A DNA stretch of 64,000 bases from Eledone cirrhosa (lineage: Eukaryota), in assembly GCA_964016885.1 (NCBI GenBank), contig OZ024741.1, positions 147,746,001 through 147,810,000 of the forward strand, in the 5' to 3' direction. Below, piece after piece: positions 49,330-61,833 of this stretch. Below the pieces are notes generated by a model. The model searched no databases. It was given only the letters and a program-made list of their open reading frames with translations, and had not been told where the DNA came from. Both the position numbers and the translations under genes were made by a program. The stretch's first letter is position 1, and every line of letters begins with the position of its first letter.

Positions 49330-52300
49330 CTAGGCACTCGCCCCCAAAAACTCTGTGACACCAATGGTGTCAAAAGCATCCACCTTTTTCCCTACATACA
49401 TGGGGAAAAGGACACAAAAAATAAAAATAAAAAACATACCTCCAAACATTAACATCTGGTGGATCTTGGCTGGCTTCGTAGAGCCAGAAACTGATATGAT
49501 ACTTTCAATACGAAAATCTATTCGACAAAGGTGGGCGGGCACAGATTTGGAGATTCTGTGGCAAATGAAACCGGAGAGAATCTCCAAAATACCCGAAAGA
49601 GTCGTTATTGATAATAACAACAAAATAAACATTTCGGTAGAATGACGAAAATTTCATTGCTTTCGCTGTGGTAGCACAGCTCACAAACGAACAAAAACAA
49701 CATCATAAAAAAACCGCTATTACAAACACCAACACCAAAACAACCACCACCACCACAAGTACAACGACAGACGAAACGAGCAACCACACCAAAACAAACA
49801 GACACTCAACCAACAACAACAGAAAAAGCAGAGACAACACCCCTGAAGAATACAGCCCCACTCCATCCCACTCCATCAAACACTACCACAAACACACATA
49901 CCGAAACACCACCACCACACAACATACCCTTACCCCACACACCTGACGATGATTATTCATCGACGGATGAAGCTGCTTCTCCTTCTTTAAGTGAAGAAGA
50001 GGGAGAACCGCGGAAATCTAAAAAACAAAAAAAGAGACACCACAAAACCCCCAAAACTCCAATCACCAACACCAACACACAACCACAGACACAAACAACA
50101 CCACAGTCAAACATCCCCCTATCAGCAAAACCAGCACCAACACTACCCCAAACACAAGCACCCACCATAAAAAGAAAACTCCCGGACGAACAACCAACTA
50201 AAACAACACAACAAAAACACAAACAACAATACGCATACATCAACACAAACAACAAGAGTTTGATGGAGGTCATCTTCCAAAACCCCAAGGTGGAGACGGA
50301 GGGCAAAACTTTCGTCAAGGCAGAATCGTCTCCACACCTTAAACTTATAAGGGTTTCTATGGAAACCTATAATGACCTAAAAAATAAATTCTCACAGGAT
50401 GTGGGCAACCCCTGCCACAAACCCATCAACCGCGTCCTGTTAAAATGTTTCCCCACCCCACCCAACACCCCATCCAGCACCCACATGGAGATTGAACAAC
50501 CCGATCTCCAGGAAACGAAAAGGTAAGTGCACCTTTCGTCCTTTTTCTCCAACTCTTCTCCACCAACATGGCTAGTTTACGAGTTGGAACCGTGAATGTG
50601 CGTGGCCTAGGGATGCCCTGGAAACAGGGCCAACATTCAAATGACCTTAGGTCACACAGTATGGATGTGATAGCCATCACCGAATCCAGGATCCACAACA
50701 GGCAGCAACTAACCTCCCATCTTCGACGACTTTGAGATCTACGCATCTCTCTGTCAGCCAGGATGTGGAGGTGGAGTGGCTGTCATGTTTCGGAAGAAGC
50801 TGGACGTCGGAGTACAGCAAGTACACTTGGATCCGGAGGGTAGACTGGTAGTCCTAGACGTGAACAGTATCGGAGGTGGAGCCTTCAGACTGGTGGCCGT
50901 TTATGCCCCGACCGGGCAATCGCAACCACGGTCAAACTTCTTTAAGCGTCTAGAGTCTTTTCTGGGAACGTCTCGCTCCTTACTTTTAGTGGGGGGACTG
51001 GAATGGTATCCTAGATGCACGATGGGACTATGTGGGAGCATGTCCCAGTAGAGCGGGGTGCAATAGCCTCAAAACTTTAATCGGCCAATGGCCAATTCCA
51101 ACTGGCCGATAGGTATCGACTGGATTTCCCGACTGCACCACAGTGGACGTGGGCAAACCGCAGTGGGACATCTAGATCGTATTTAGATAGGTTCTTCATT
51201 AGAGAAAAGGACAAGGAGATGTTAAGCTGTCCACGAATGCACATGGTTGCCTATTCAGATCACAAGTTAGTCGTCTGCTTAGTCAACCGTGATAGAATAC
51301 ATAGACAGGGTCCCGGATACTGGAAGCTGAACGTGTCGTTGCCGGCACGTAAAGCTTACAGTGAACGGATAAGTAGACTAATCAAGCAACAGTTAACGGG
51401 AGCCATCGTCAACAATAGATGGTGGTACTCTCTCAAGAAAGCAATTAGAATAGAATCGATAGGGTATAGCAGAGAGTTAGCCTTAGAGAAAAACAAAATA
51501 GAAAGAGAACTAGTAGCCAAGGTAGAGGAGGCACTTAGAAGTGGCAACGCGGCTAGAGTGTTAGCGTCGAGAACGGCACTGGACCAGTTCTTCGATGCGA
51601 AACACGAAGGCTGCGTGGTCAGAAGCAAAATAGGTGCTCTAGGAAACGAAGGAGCGAAAGCTGTCAGCTGGCCCGAGTGGCGGAGGCAAAAAGTGGCAAC
51701 AAGTCCACGATTCGGTCTTTGAAAGACCAAAACGGACGCGTGCTACTTGACCCCAAGCAAATGTGCGCGGCATTTCAGCGGAACTTTGCGCGACTGTTTG
51801 AGCAGAACGACGGTGAGCTGAACGGGGCAATGGACTTTAGTTCATACCTCGACGGCCTGCCGCGTCTCTCGAACACGGACGCCGAGTTCTGCGAAAGACC
51901 GATCACGGACACTGAGATACGGGACGCTCTGGGCCGCTGCGGGAAACGCAAGTCACCCGGTCTAGATGGTATACCCTACGAATTTTACATAGACATGCCG
52001 GCCTTGTTCTCTGGCGTCCTCGAAGCCATCTACTGCAATTGGCAGCAGAACGGGAGAATTCCCAGTTCTGCAGGCAAGGGCGTAGTAACGCTGATCAGGA
52101 AAGACGAGAACAAGGGGGACAAAATTAACAACTTCTGGCCCATAACTCTGCTCAACACAGAGTTAAAGATTTTGGCCAAGGTGGTAGCGACGAGGTTGGC
52201 GCTTGCCGTCGAGAACCTGGTAGGGAAAGCGCAAACGTGTGCAATCCCGACCAGGTCCATACACGACAACCTCCACCTCATGCGATACATCATAGAGAGG

Positions 52301-54250
52301 GTGGGTAGTAAACCCGGCCTCGGTGGGGCTCTGATCAACTTGGATCAGTCTAAGGCATTCGATAGGGTCGACCATCGATACTTGGAAGCGGTTCTCAAGG
52401 CGGCCGGTTTCGGTCCCGTTTTCAGAGGATGGATCGAGGTGATGCACACCAGCATCTGCTCGAGGGTCAAGGTGAACGGCTACCTATCGGAGCCGTTCGC
52501 AATCATGCGTTCGATTCGACAGGGGAGCCCTCTCTCCTCCATTCTGTATTTATTGACTCTAGAGCCACTACTGCGGAAATTGGAGCTGTTGCAGGGCATC
52601 CCTCTAGAACCGGGACTGCGCAAAGCGGCGTCGGCTTATGCCGACGACGTGACGGTAATGGTGTCGAGCACCTCGGAAATCGGGGTGATCAGCAACTTAC
52701 TGAAAGAATACGAAACGCTGACGGGAGCAAAACTAAACCCGGACAAGTCTGTCGGTTTGCAACTCGGTACGTGGAGAGGCAAACCGATGACGTCCGACAG
52801 CGTCGTTGGACGCTGGACGGACGGACCGGTGAAATTGCTCGGGGTCTGGTTCGGTCCAGACCTCCAGGTGGAGAAAAACTGGAACGAGGTCACGGCCAAG
52901 GTGTTTGCACTCTGCCCAGAAGTGGGCAGAGTGCAAACTGTCCTTGAAAGGTCGAGCGGAGGTGGCGAACACTTTCATAGCGTCCGTCATCTACTACCGC
53001 TTGACTGTCGTGCCTTGTCCCCGTGAACACCTCGCCAGGATGGAACGCATGCTCTTCCAGTTTCTGTGGAAGAAGCAGGCTCCGCTGGTGAGGAGATCCG
53101 TCTGCTGTGAGCACCATTCCAACGGAGGGTTGGGAATGCCGTGGCTGATGATGCGCAAACATGCGCTGAGACTGCGGCATCTCCAGGTATTCCTCACCGA
53201 CCCCCAACCGGTGTGGGTACCGTTTGTGAGACAGGCTTTTCCACAGCTCGTCTCGCTGACGGAGCTGCAGTACTGGGTGAAGGAAAGACCGAAAACGATG
53301 GGCGCCTGGCACATTGAATGCGCTCAGGCGCTCACAGTCCTCTGGCAAGCGGGCGCAGCAATCAGTGGAGACTCCACTTCGACATTCTATAGAGTGATTG
53401 TACGTTACAAGGGCGACGATGTGCTCGGAGAGACTCTGGGTGCCGAAGACGATGAGCTCACTAGTCTGTTTGGTAGGACTTTCCGCCCGGGACCTATGGA
53501 CAACTTCCAGAGGTCGCTGGCCTGGCAGTGCTACCGAGGAGCTCTACTGGTTCGTGACAAGATCTACAGGCACGGACGCCCCGGCAGGGATCCTTCCAAG
53601 AGGACGTGTCCAAGATGCGCGCAAGACATTGAAACAGTCCTGCACGCAATTGTACACTGCCCGGGCGTAACCAACCTATGGAACTATGCAGAACAACTGC
53701 TGTCGCGTATGGGACAAATCCAGTTGACTGCCGAGTCCATAGTAAGGATCAAATCGCCAGCCTCTTTCAAAAACGAAAGAGAGGCGGTTTTCCTCTGTAC
53801 GGTGGCTATGGTGAAAGAAGTTATATGGTGGACGAGATCGAGAGGACTGAGGACAGATACCTTTCTCTCCGGACAACAATTGATTCCCTTCTTTAAGTAT
53901 CACTTTAGAAGGAAAATCAGAGTGGAGAGAGAGGCACTGCACCCCAGTAAATTTACTGAAAGGTGGGTGAATGAAGCGAAAATGGCCCGAGTGATTGGGC
54001 CTTTTCTGTTTATAAGCCTGTAGGTTGAAGAAGAGAGCAAAAGGAAGAAAGGAGCACTTGCACAACACGCTCCTGCAGTTGAGGGTTGTTCTATCGACGG
54101 GGTATTAAACAACCCATTTGTGGCGCTTCCCCCTTATTGGGGATTTCGATTGTTGTAATTGTTTGTTTTTATATTTTTTACACGACAGTATGTAAAATCC
54201 CCAGCATGTCTTTGTATTGTCCCCTTTTCTTGTGCGCCCTTGTGGCTAAA
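49330..54250 (+). mobile_element. Tx1/L1-clade LINE subfamily B, 5'-truncated in ORF1, frameshifted
   Basis: ORF1 pieces 49355-50526; ORF2 pieces ~50568-54023 with YWKLN, KSPGLDG, DQSKAFDRV, YADD, CPRC; ends in tatctatctctctctc. Confidence 0.95.
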
Positions 54251-54363
54251 TATATCTATCTCTCTCTCCAACAGACGGCTCAAACATACGGCCCGCGAAC
54301 TACTTTTCTATGGCCCGTGGTAGAACCAATATTTCAGATTCCATTATAACTGGTGAAAATATG

Positions 54364-54568
54364 GCGGTGAGCTGGTGGAATCGTTAGCACATCTGGCGAA
54401 ATGCTTAGCGGTACTTCTTCCGTTTTTACGTTCTGAGTTCAAATTCCGCCGATCTCAACTTTGCCTTTCATCCTTTTGGGGTCGATAAATTAAGTACCAG
54501 TTGTGAACTGGGATCGATGTAATCGACGGGACCCTAAACCCTAAATTTCATGCCTTGTGCCTATAGTA
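54364..54568 (+). mobile_element. tRNA-derived SINE (near full length)
   Basis: ggcggtgagctggtggaatcgttagc (A-box-like), gagttcaaattcc (B box), tttgcctttcatcc core; mirrored at ~61912-62117. Confidence 0.85.
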
Positions 54569-54645
54569 GGCACGTTTGGCCCACTGTGCCTCTCCTCCAA
54601 CACGTAATGGCCCTTTTATGTCCTTCAGTTTGAGACGCCTCTTCT

Positions 54646-54680
<35 letters not shown>

Positions 54681-54699
54681 CACTTTACTTTTTTTCTGT

Positions 54700-54940
54700 C
54701 TCTGGACTACGCCCATGCTGGAGCATGACCTTTTTAAATTTATGGGGACGTCAACAAACCAACAAGCATTGGTTGGAGCGCAAACACAAACGCAAAGACA
54801 CACACAGACATATATGCATATATACGACGCGCTTCTTTTAGTTTCGGTCTATCAAATCCACTCACAGGGCTTTGGTCGGCTCGGGCAGTGGGACTGAACC
54901 CGGAAACATGTGGTTGGGAAGCAAGCTTCTTGTCACACTG
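54700..54940 (-). mobile_element. tRNA-derived SINE, second family, internally deleted
   Basis: Minus strand gaagcttgcttcccaaccacatgtttccgggttcagtcccactg...ccaaagccctgtgagtggatttg; mirrored at ~61535-61780. Confidence 0.7.
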
Positions 54941-55908
54941 CGCATATATATATGTGTGCGTGTGTGTGTATGTGTGTGTGTGTGTGTGAGTGTGTGTGTG
55001 CGTGTGTGTGTGTTTGTTATCAAATTAACAATGAAAATAAAAAGAACAAAGTCAAGTTACTTTGTAACTTTGTTTTTATTTTGTTGTTTTTATTTTTATT
55101 GTTAATTTAATACCTAATATCTGACTCTGTATCTAAAGAATTAATTCAGCGAAACATAGAACTTCTCTATGAATTTTACAAGATTACATTTTGCTCTATC
55201 CAGAGGTAGACCAGACTGAAAAAAGGAAATATATATATATATATATACGTGTATGTCTGTGTGTATGTGTGTGTGTGTGTGTATAAGTGGGTTTATCGGT
55301 GTTTGTGTCTTTATATTTACATACTCACACGAATAAATATATACATATGCACGTACACACAAACGCACACACAGACGTATACACATACGTACGTATATAA
55401 TAATTGTTTCTACTTTGGGCACAAGGTTAGCAATTATCCCAGTGCATTACTGGTATTTTGTTTTATCGACCCCCGTAAGGATGAAAGGTAAAGTTAACCT
55501 CGTATGTATATAATAATAACAATTTAAAGGAAAAAAAAAAATGTATAAGGCAATTATCGTCTGTCGTCTGTCAGTCTACTACTTCGGTTCAAAAACTGCG
55601 CTGCGTTCATGTCTATGGAATACTCAGTCATTTCGTTTGTCGAAAAATTCAAAGATCTTCATTGAGAAAGACGAGACTTCCCAAGGATGAGGTATAATTA
55701 AGATTTGGCTACTCTTTCTAACACCGAGCGATCACAAAGAGAATTCGTCATATATATAAATATATGTACACACACGCATGCATTCTTACGCACACTCACA
55801 AATACATGCGCAAACACACGCACACACACAGAGTAACAATCGTCTGCCAAGGCAACACAAACAGTGTTTTATAAAGTTGTGAATGTAATTATAGCGAACC
55901 CATTGATG

Positions 55909-58009
55909 TGTAGCGGTTGTCTCCCTTGTTTTGATTGGGATCTAGACGGGAGGTGGAACCCTTTCTGCGACTTCCGGTCAGAGCCCTATAAAACTAACAA
56001 CTTTAAGCTTCCTTTCTCTCTTTGCCTTTTCGGCACCAGGTCAAGAGTCTTCTCATTTGGCTCTGCCATTAATTTGGCCAACAGGCGCCTGGCCTTAGCC
56101 AGGCGCCCTCTGCCAGCCACGTTTGCCTGGCAATCAAAACGGTAACTACTAACTTTGTTTCATTCTAACATCTATCTTTGACATGTCAAGTATTCTATCT
56201 ACCGTTAATTAAATATTATACACACAAACCATGTCTCGTTTTGTTACATTCATACAACCTCAGTACCCTCGCTATATTGGTAACCCTGACGTGATACGAA
56301 CACGCAGCCGTTCATCGCTATAAGTGGTCACCCCCCCAAAAAAATAAAAAAATAGCACATCTGGTTTTGTGAGTAACATTACGAATACACAGCAAATTTA
56401 GCGACAAACTATGAAAATACTCAAGGACACGCACACACGCACATGTGGAATTCGCACAGACAGACTTTTTCTCTCACGCATCAATTAACTGTCGCATTTC
56501 ACCAATATATATATGTTTCTCGTTTCTTACAACGAACACTTTCAAAACAAAAAAAAAAAAACATTTCACGATATATATATATGTTTCTCGTTTCTTACAA
56601 CGAACTCTTTCAAGAAAAAAAAAAAAAAAAAAAGAAATTAAATAACATTTCAACAGGAACATTTATTTTCGATGAACCATTGCCTTTTTGTTCATCGTTT
56701 TCTTCATCGTTCAATTTTTTTTTTTTTTTTTCCCCAAAGTTCACACCAATAATTATGCTGATTGAAGCCTTTCTTTTTCATCATTGTCACTTTCAACATT
56801 GCACTATCATTTTCTCGCGCGTTAGAAATATTATTTTTTTTCAACCTTGTATTGGCACGTGTAGGCAGCACAAATTCTCGATTCACAGAGATGTCTCTAC
56901 TCACAGACAGCCGCACGCCATTTATCACCAGGGATTCTTCAGCCTTAAGCTATATTCTTCTATTTGCCGGTTTATAAATTTACAATGTAAATTTACAGTT
57001 GATAACCGCGCATTTATTAAGAATGCTTATTTCTCTGGTCGCTGGCCTCTTGACCCTTCCAGGTCAACGCATTCTCAACATCGACCATCAACTTCGGCTG
57101 CTATTTCTAGCACTTTGCGCAACTCATTTTTTTCTAAAAAAAAATTTTTTTACTGTGAATTTAAACACCGAATACGCTCACTCAGCGAGACAACAGCAGC
57201 AGCAACAGCAATATAACAGCAACAGCAATACATCAACACAGCTTCACCAAAGCCAGAGAATTTATTTTTGCAGCACTCTTCCTGTGAGAAAATCCATTCG
57301 GAGGTTGGAAATTTCACGATATACCACAGAACAGAAACCACCTGCATTCATTCTCTGGAACACACTTTCTTTCCTGCTGTCATGTGATTGCACACCTGTG
57401 AACTATATTTTGAACTTTGAGCTCTTCTATTACTTTTACTTTATTACATTGTATCTTTGGGTGATGGATAGATGGATGTCCAGTCGTTCTCTGGCCAAGA
57501 GCGGTTGGCTACCTTGATATCTATCATTGATTTTTCCAAACATTCTTTTGTCGTAATTTTCATGCCTGTTACAACATTCTCGCCAACTTGCTACATATTT
57601 TCATTTCGATTTTTATACACTAAAATTCTGGCGGGAGGTTATGTAGCGGTTGTCTCCCTTGTTTTGATTGGGATCTAGACGGGAGGTGGAACCCTTTCTG
57701 CGACTTCCGGTCAGAGCCCTATAAAACTAACAACTTTAAGCTTCCTTTCTCTCTTTGCCTTTTCGGCACCAGGTCAAGAGTCTTCTCATTTGGCTCTGCC
57801 ATTAATTTGGCCAACAGGCGCCTGGCCTTAGCCAGGCGCCCTCTGCCAGCCACGTTTGCCTGGCAATCAAAACGGTAACTACTAACTTTGTTTCATTCTA
57901 ACATCTATCTTTGACATGTCAAGTATTCTATCTACCGTTAATTAAATATTATACACACAAACCATGTCTCGTTTTGTTACATTCATACAACCTCAGTACC
58001 CTCGCTATA
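55909..58009 (+). mobile_element. Non-autonomous LTR retrotransposon (Gypsy-like ends)
   Basis: 368-bp LTRs 55909-56276 and 57642-58009 (TGTAGCG...CGCTATA); PBS tggtaaccctgacgtgat (tRNA-Trp-like); purine tract ggcgggagg; 4-bp TSD GATG. Confidence 0.92.
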
Positions 58010-58159
58010 GATGTTTTATTTATTTATTTTGTTCGATTTTTTTTTGTTACCTAGTAGAGCGCCTATATGGGGTCTTAGTGTCGTTCTCTATGTTTACAGA
58101 TTTACTTCTCCTTCACTGTAATACTGATCTGACTTTGCACAACTGCAATTTTATTCCAG

Positions 58160-58447
58160 GAGAGAGAACGGAGAAGAGAAGAGGTGAGAGTGTTTATGTT
58201 TGGTTGGTTGGTGAGAGAAAAAGGAGATAGTGTGGTGGTAGGAGGGATCAAGTATAAAGACAGAGAAAGGGGGGCGAGAGGGAGAGAAAGGCAGAGAAAT
58301 ACAGATGATCTGCTGAGAGAAAGAGAGACAGAAACAGAGAGAGAGCGAGAGTGATGTTGAGTAAATAGGAGGTAAGGCAGAGAGAGGGAAAGAAAAAAAG
58401 ACAGAGACAGAGAAGGAGAGGGGCAAAAAGAGAAAGAAGGATTTGAG

Positions 58448-58487
<40 letters not shown>

Positions 58488-58700
58488 GGAAGTAGAACGT
58501 GCAGAGTAAGAAAGAGGGGGAAACAAAAAGAGAGATAGAGAGTGACTATAGGAGGGAAACAGTGACAGAGAGAAAGAGACAAAGGAAGGGGAAGAGAGAG
58601 AGAGAGAGAGAGAGAAGGCTGTGTGACAGGAGAGGCTGGCATAAAGGGAGAGAAAGACAAGGCTGTGTGAGAGGGGAAAGAAAGAAAGAGAGCGTGAAGC
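58160..58700. repeat. GA-rich low-complexity tract
   Basis: Direct reading. Confidence 0.9.
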
Positions 58701-59969
58701 TGTAAGTAAATGAAGGGGAGTAAGTTGATAGTTATGTCGTGATAAAATGGAAAACTAGACGACACAATATGAAATATTAAACACGATATTAGAAATATAT
58801 TTTTGTAAATAAGAAAATAATTTATATGTACATACATGTATACGTAAATATATACATATGTTTACAGGTATATTTATATATTTCACACACATGTAACTAT
58901 CGTCTGCTAACACGAATACTTTTACCGGAATTTCATGAAGTCTAGGGTTTAATCTTACATTTATTACGTTACTTTTCATTATCAATGTTTTATTATAAAG
59001 TTGTGAATGTAATTATGGCGAATACATTGATATTTTATTGTCGTGTTTTATTAATTTATTTATTTTGTTCGAGATATATTTATATGGTAGAGCGCCTATG
59101 TGGGGACTTGGTAGCGTTCTATATGTTTACAGATTTACTTCCCCTTCACTACAAAATTGATCTGATTTTGCACTCTAAATTTTATTCCAGTGACCAGACC
59201 AACAATGCCACCAATAATGACAGCAATAGTACTACTGAATGTATTTAATTTTTAGAGACTATGTTTGATATGCAGAATTTACCAAAATAACTGGATACAG
59301 GAAGAATCATCTCCAAATTTAGAAATTCAGTGCAATCAGTGCAATCTACACGTGAATGGAGTTCCACAGAAGCAAGTGGAGAAGTTCAAGTATCTTCGGG
59401 CTGTGTTCACAAGTGATGGAAGGCAGGAAGCTAAATTAAGTGCAAGAATTGCAGGAGCTGGTGCAGTAATCCACCAGCTTCAGCATTTAGTAATCAGAAG
59501 AAGGGAGGAAGGTGTAAAATCCAAACTCGCTATCTTCAATTCGGTATTCTTTGCTCGGTATTCTTTGCTCGATAGAGTGCATAGCTTGGAGATCAGAGAG
59601 TCTAACCAGGTAGAGCTGCTAGTTGTTTAAGTAAAGTCAGAATAACAAAAAAAGGGTGGTGGGGGTGGGGGTGGCTGAAGGAAGTTAGTTTACAAACTAA
59701 TAAATTGTTAATTTTATATGTTAGTATTGTTAAAATTTTAATTGCTGTTTGTCTAGGAACGTGACTCTCTTTTGTTAGTGTAAAGTAGGGAATTTCACAG
59801 CACAACTTTATTTGTTGTCATAATTGTTTTAAATCATTATATTAATTAATATAACTCAGAGAATAAAGATGAAAGATGATTATGGTGGATTTTATTTAGA
59901 AGCTATAATAATAATTTCTTTATTTTTATAATAATTTCTTTATTCTTTCTTTCTTTGTTTATTTAGAAA

Positions 59970-60350
59970 CTATAATAATTCTTTCTACTTTTGGCACAAG
60001 GCCAGCAATTATCTCAGTGCATTACTGGTACTTTATTTTATCAGTAATACCGATACTATAATAATTGTTTCTTATATAGGCACAAGGCCAGCAATTACTC
60101 AATACATTACTGGTACTTTATTTTATCGACCCCGTAAGGATGAAAGGTAAAGTTAACCTCGGCGGGATTTGAACTCAGACCATAAAGGGCCGTAACTCTA
60201 CCGATACTATAATAATTGTTTCTACTTTTGGCACAAGGCCAGCAATTACCTAGTGTATTACTGATACTTTATTTTATCGACCTCGTAAGGATGAAAGGCA
60301 AAGTTAACCTCGGCGGGATTTGAACTCAGAATGGCAAGGGCCGTAACTCT
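59970..60350 (-). mobile_element. Tandem of three truncated SINEs
   Basis: Repeated ggcacaaggccagcaatt...tactttattttatcgac...ggatgaaagg; spacer taccgatactataataattg occurs twice. Confidence 0.85.
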
Positions 60351-60694
60351 CCGCGTTGTAATCTTTTATCTGTTTACACAAACATTTTTGAAATATTCAG
60401 ATAATTTTTGTTGGTATTCTCCCCTTACATTGTAAGGGAGACAATAATGTTTGTGTAGTCTAATTATGGAAGCAAGAGAAAAAGAAATCAAGAATGGTAA
60501 GGAAAGATTGATTTATTTCGGTGAAAATGTACATAGCGATTTACAGGAAAGAGACTACCTGGTTTACTGTTTTCTTTTACCCTTTTATTGGTTTCAATAA
60601 TTAGACTGCGACCATGTTGAGGCAACCATTTCAAGAGTTTGATTAAAAACTTCATTTTTGTTTTGTATATTCCTTGTATCAGTATATATTGCTT

Positions 60695-60764
<70 letters not shown>

Positions 60765-60787
60765 AAGCAATATATACTGATATAATA

Positions 60788-61794
60788 CATCCTTGGGAAG
60801 TCTCGTCTTTCTCAATGAAGATCTTTGAATTTTTCGACAAACGAAATGACTGAGTATTCCATAGACATGAACGCAGCGCAGTTTTTGAACCGAAGTAGTA
60901 GACTGACAGACGACAGACGATAATTGCCTTATACATTTTTTTTTTTCCTTTAAATTGTTATTATTATATACATACGAGGTTAACTTTACCTTTCATCCTT
61001 ACGGGGGTCGATAAAACAAAATACCAGTAATGCACTGGGATAATTGCTAACCTTGTGCCCAAAGTAGAAACAATTATTATATACGTACGTATGTGTATAC
61101 GTCTGTGTGTGCGTTTGTGTGTACGTGCATATGTATATATTTATTCGTGTGAGTATGTAAATATAAAGACACAAACACCGATAAACCCACTTATACACAC
61201 ACACACACACACACACAGACATACACGTATATATATATATATATATTTCCTTTTTTCAGTCTGGTCTACCTCTGGATAGAGCAAAATGTAATCTTGTAAA
61301 ATTCATAGAGAAGTTCTATGTTTCGCTGAATTAATTCTTTAGATACAGAGTCAGATATTAGGTATTAAATTAACAATAAAAATAAAAACAACAAAATAAA
61401 AACAAAGTTACAAAGTAACTTGACTTTGTTCTTTTTATTTTCATTGTTAATTTGATAACAAACACACACACACGCACACACACACTCACACACACACACA
61501 CACATACACACACACGCACACATATATATATGCGCAGTGTGACAAGAAGCTTGCTTCCCAACCACATGTTTCCGGGTTCAGTCCCACTGCCCGAGCCGAC
61601 CAAAGCCCTGTGAGTGGATTTGATAGACCGAAACTAAAAGAAGCGCGTCGTATATATGCATATATGTCTGTGTGTGTCTTTGCGTTTGTGTTTGCGCTCC
61701 AACCAATGCTTGTTGGTTTGTTGACGTCCCCATAAATTTACGAAGGTGATGCTCCAGCATGGGCGTAGTCCAGAGACAGAAAAAAAGTAAAGTG

Positions 61795-61833
<39 letters not shown>

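Noticed and set aside
56443-57216. 257-aa ORF inside the LTR element
   Set aside because: No ATG start, runs through A/T homopolymers, and has no recognisable gag, protease or integrase motifs
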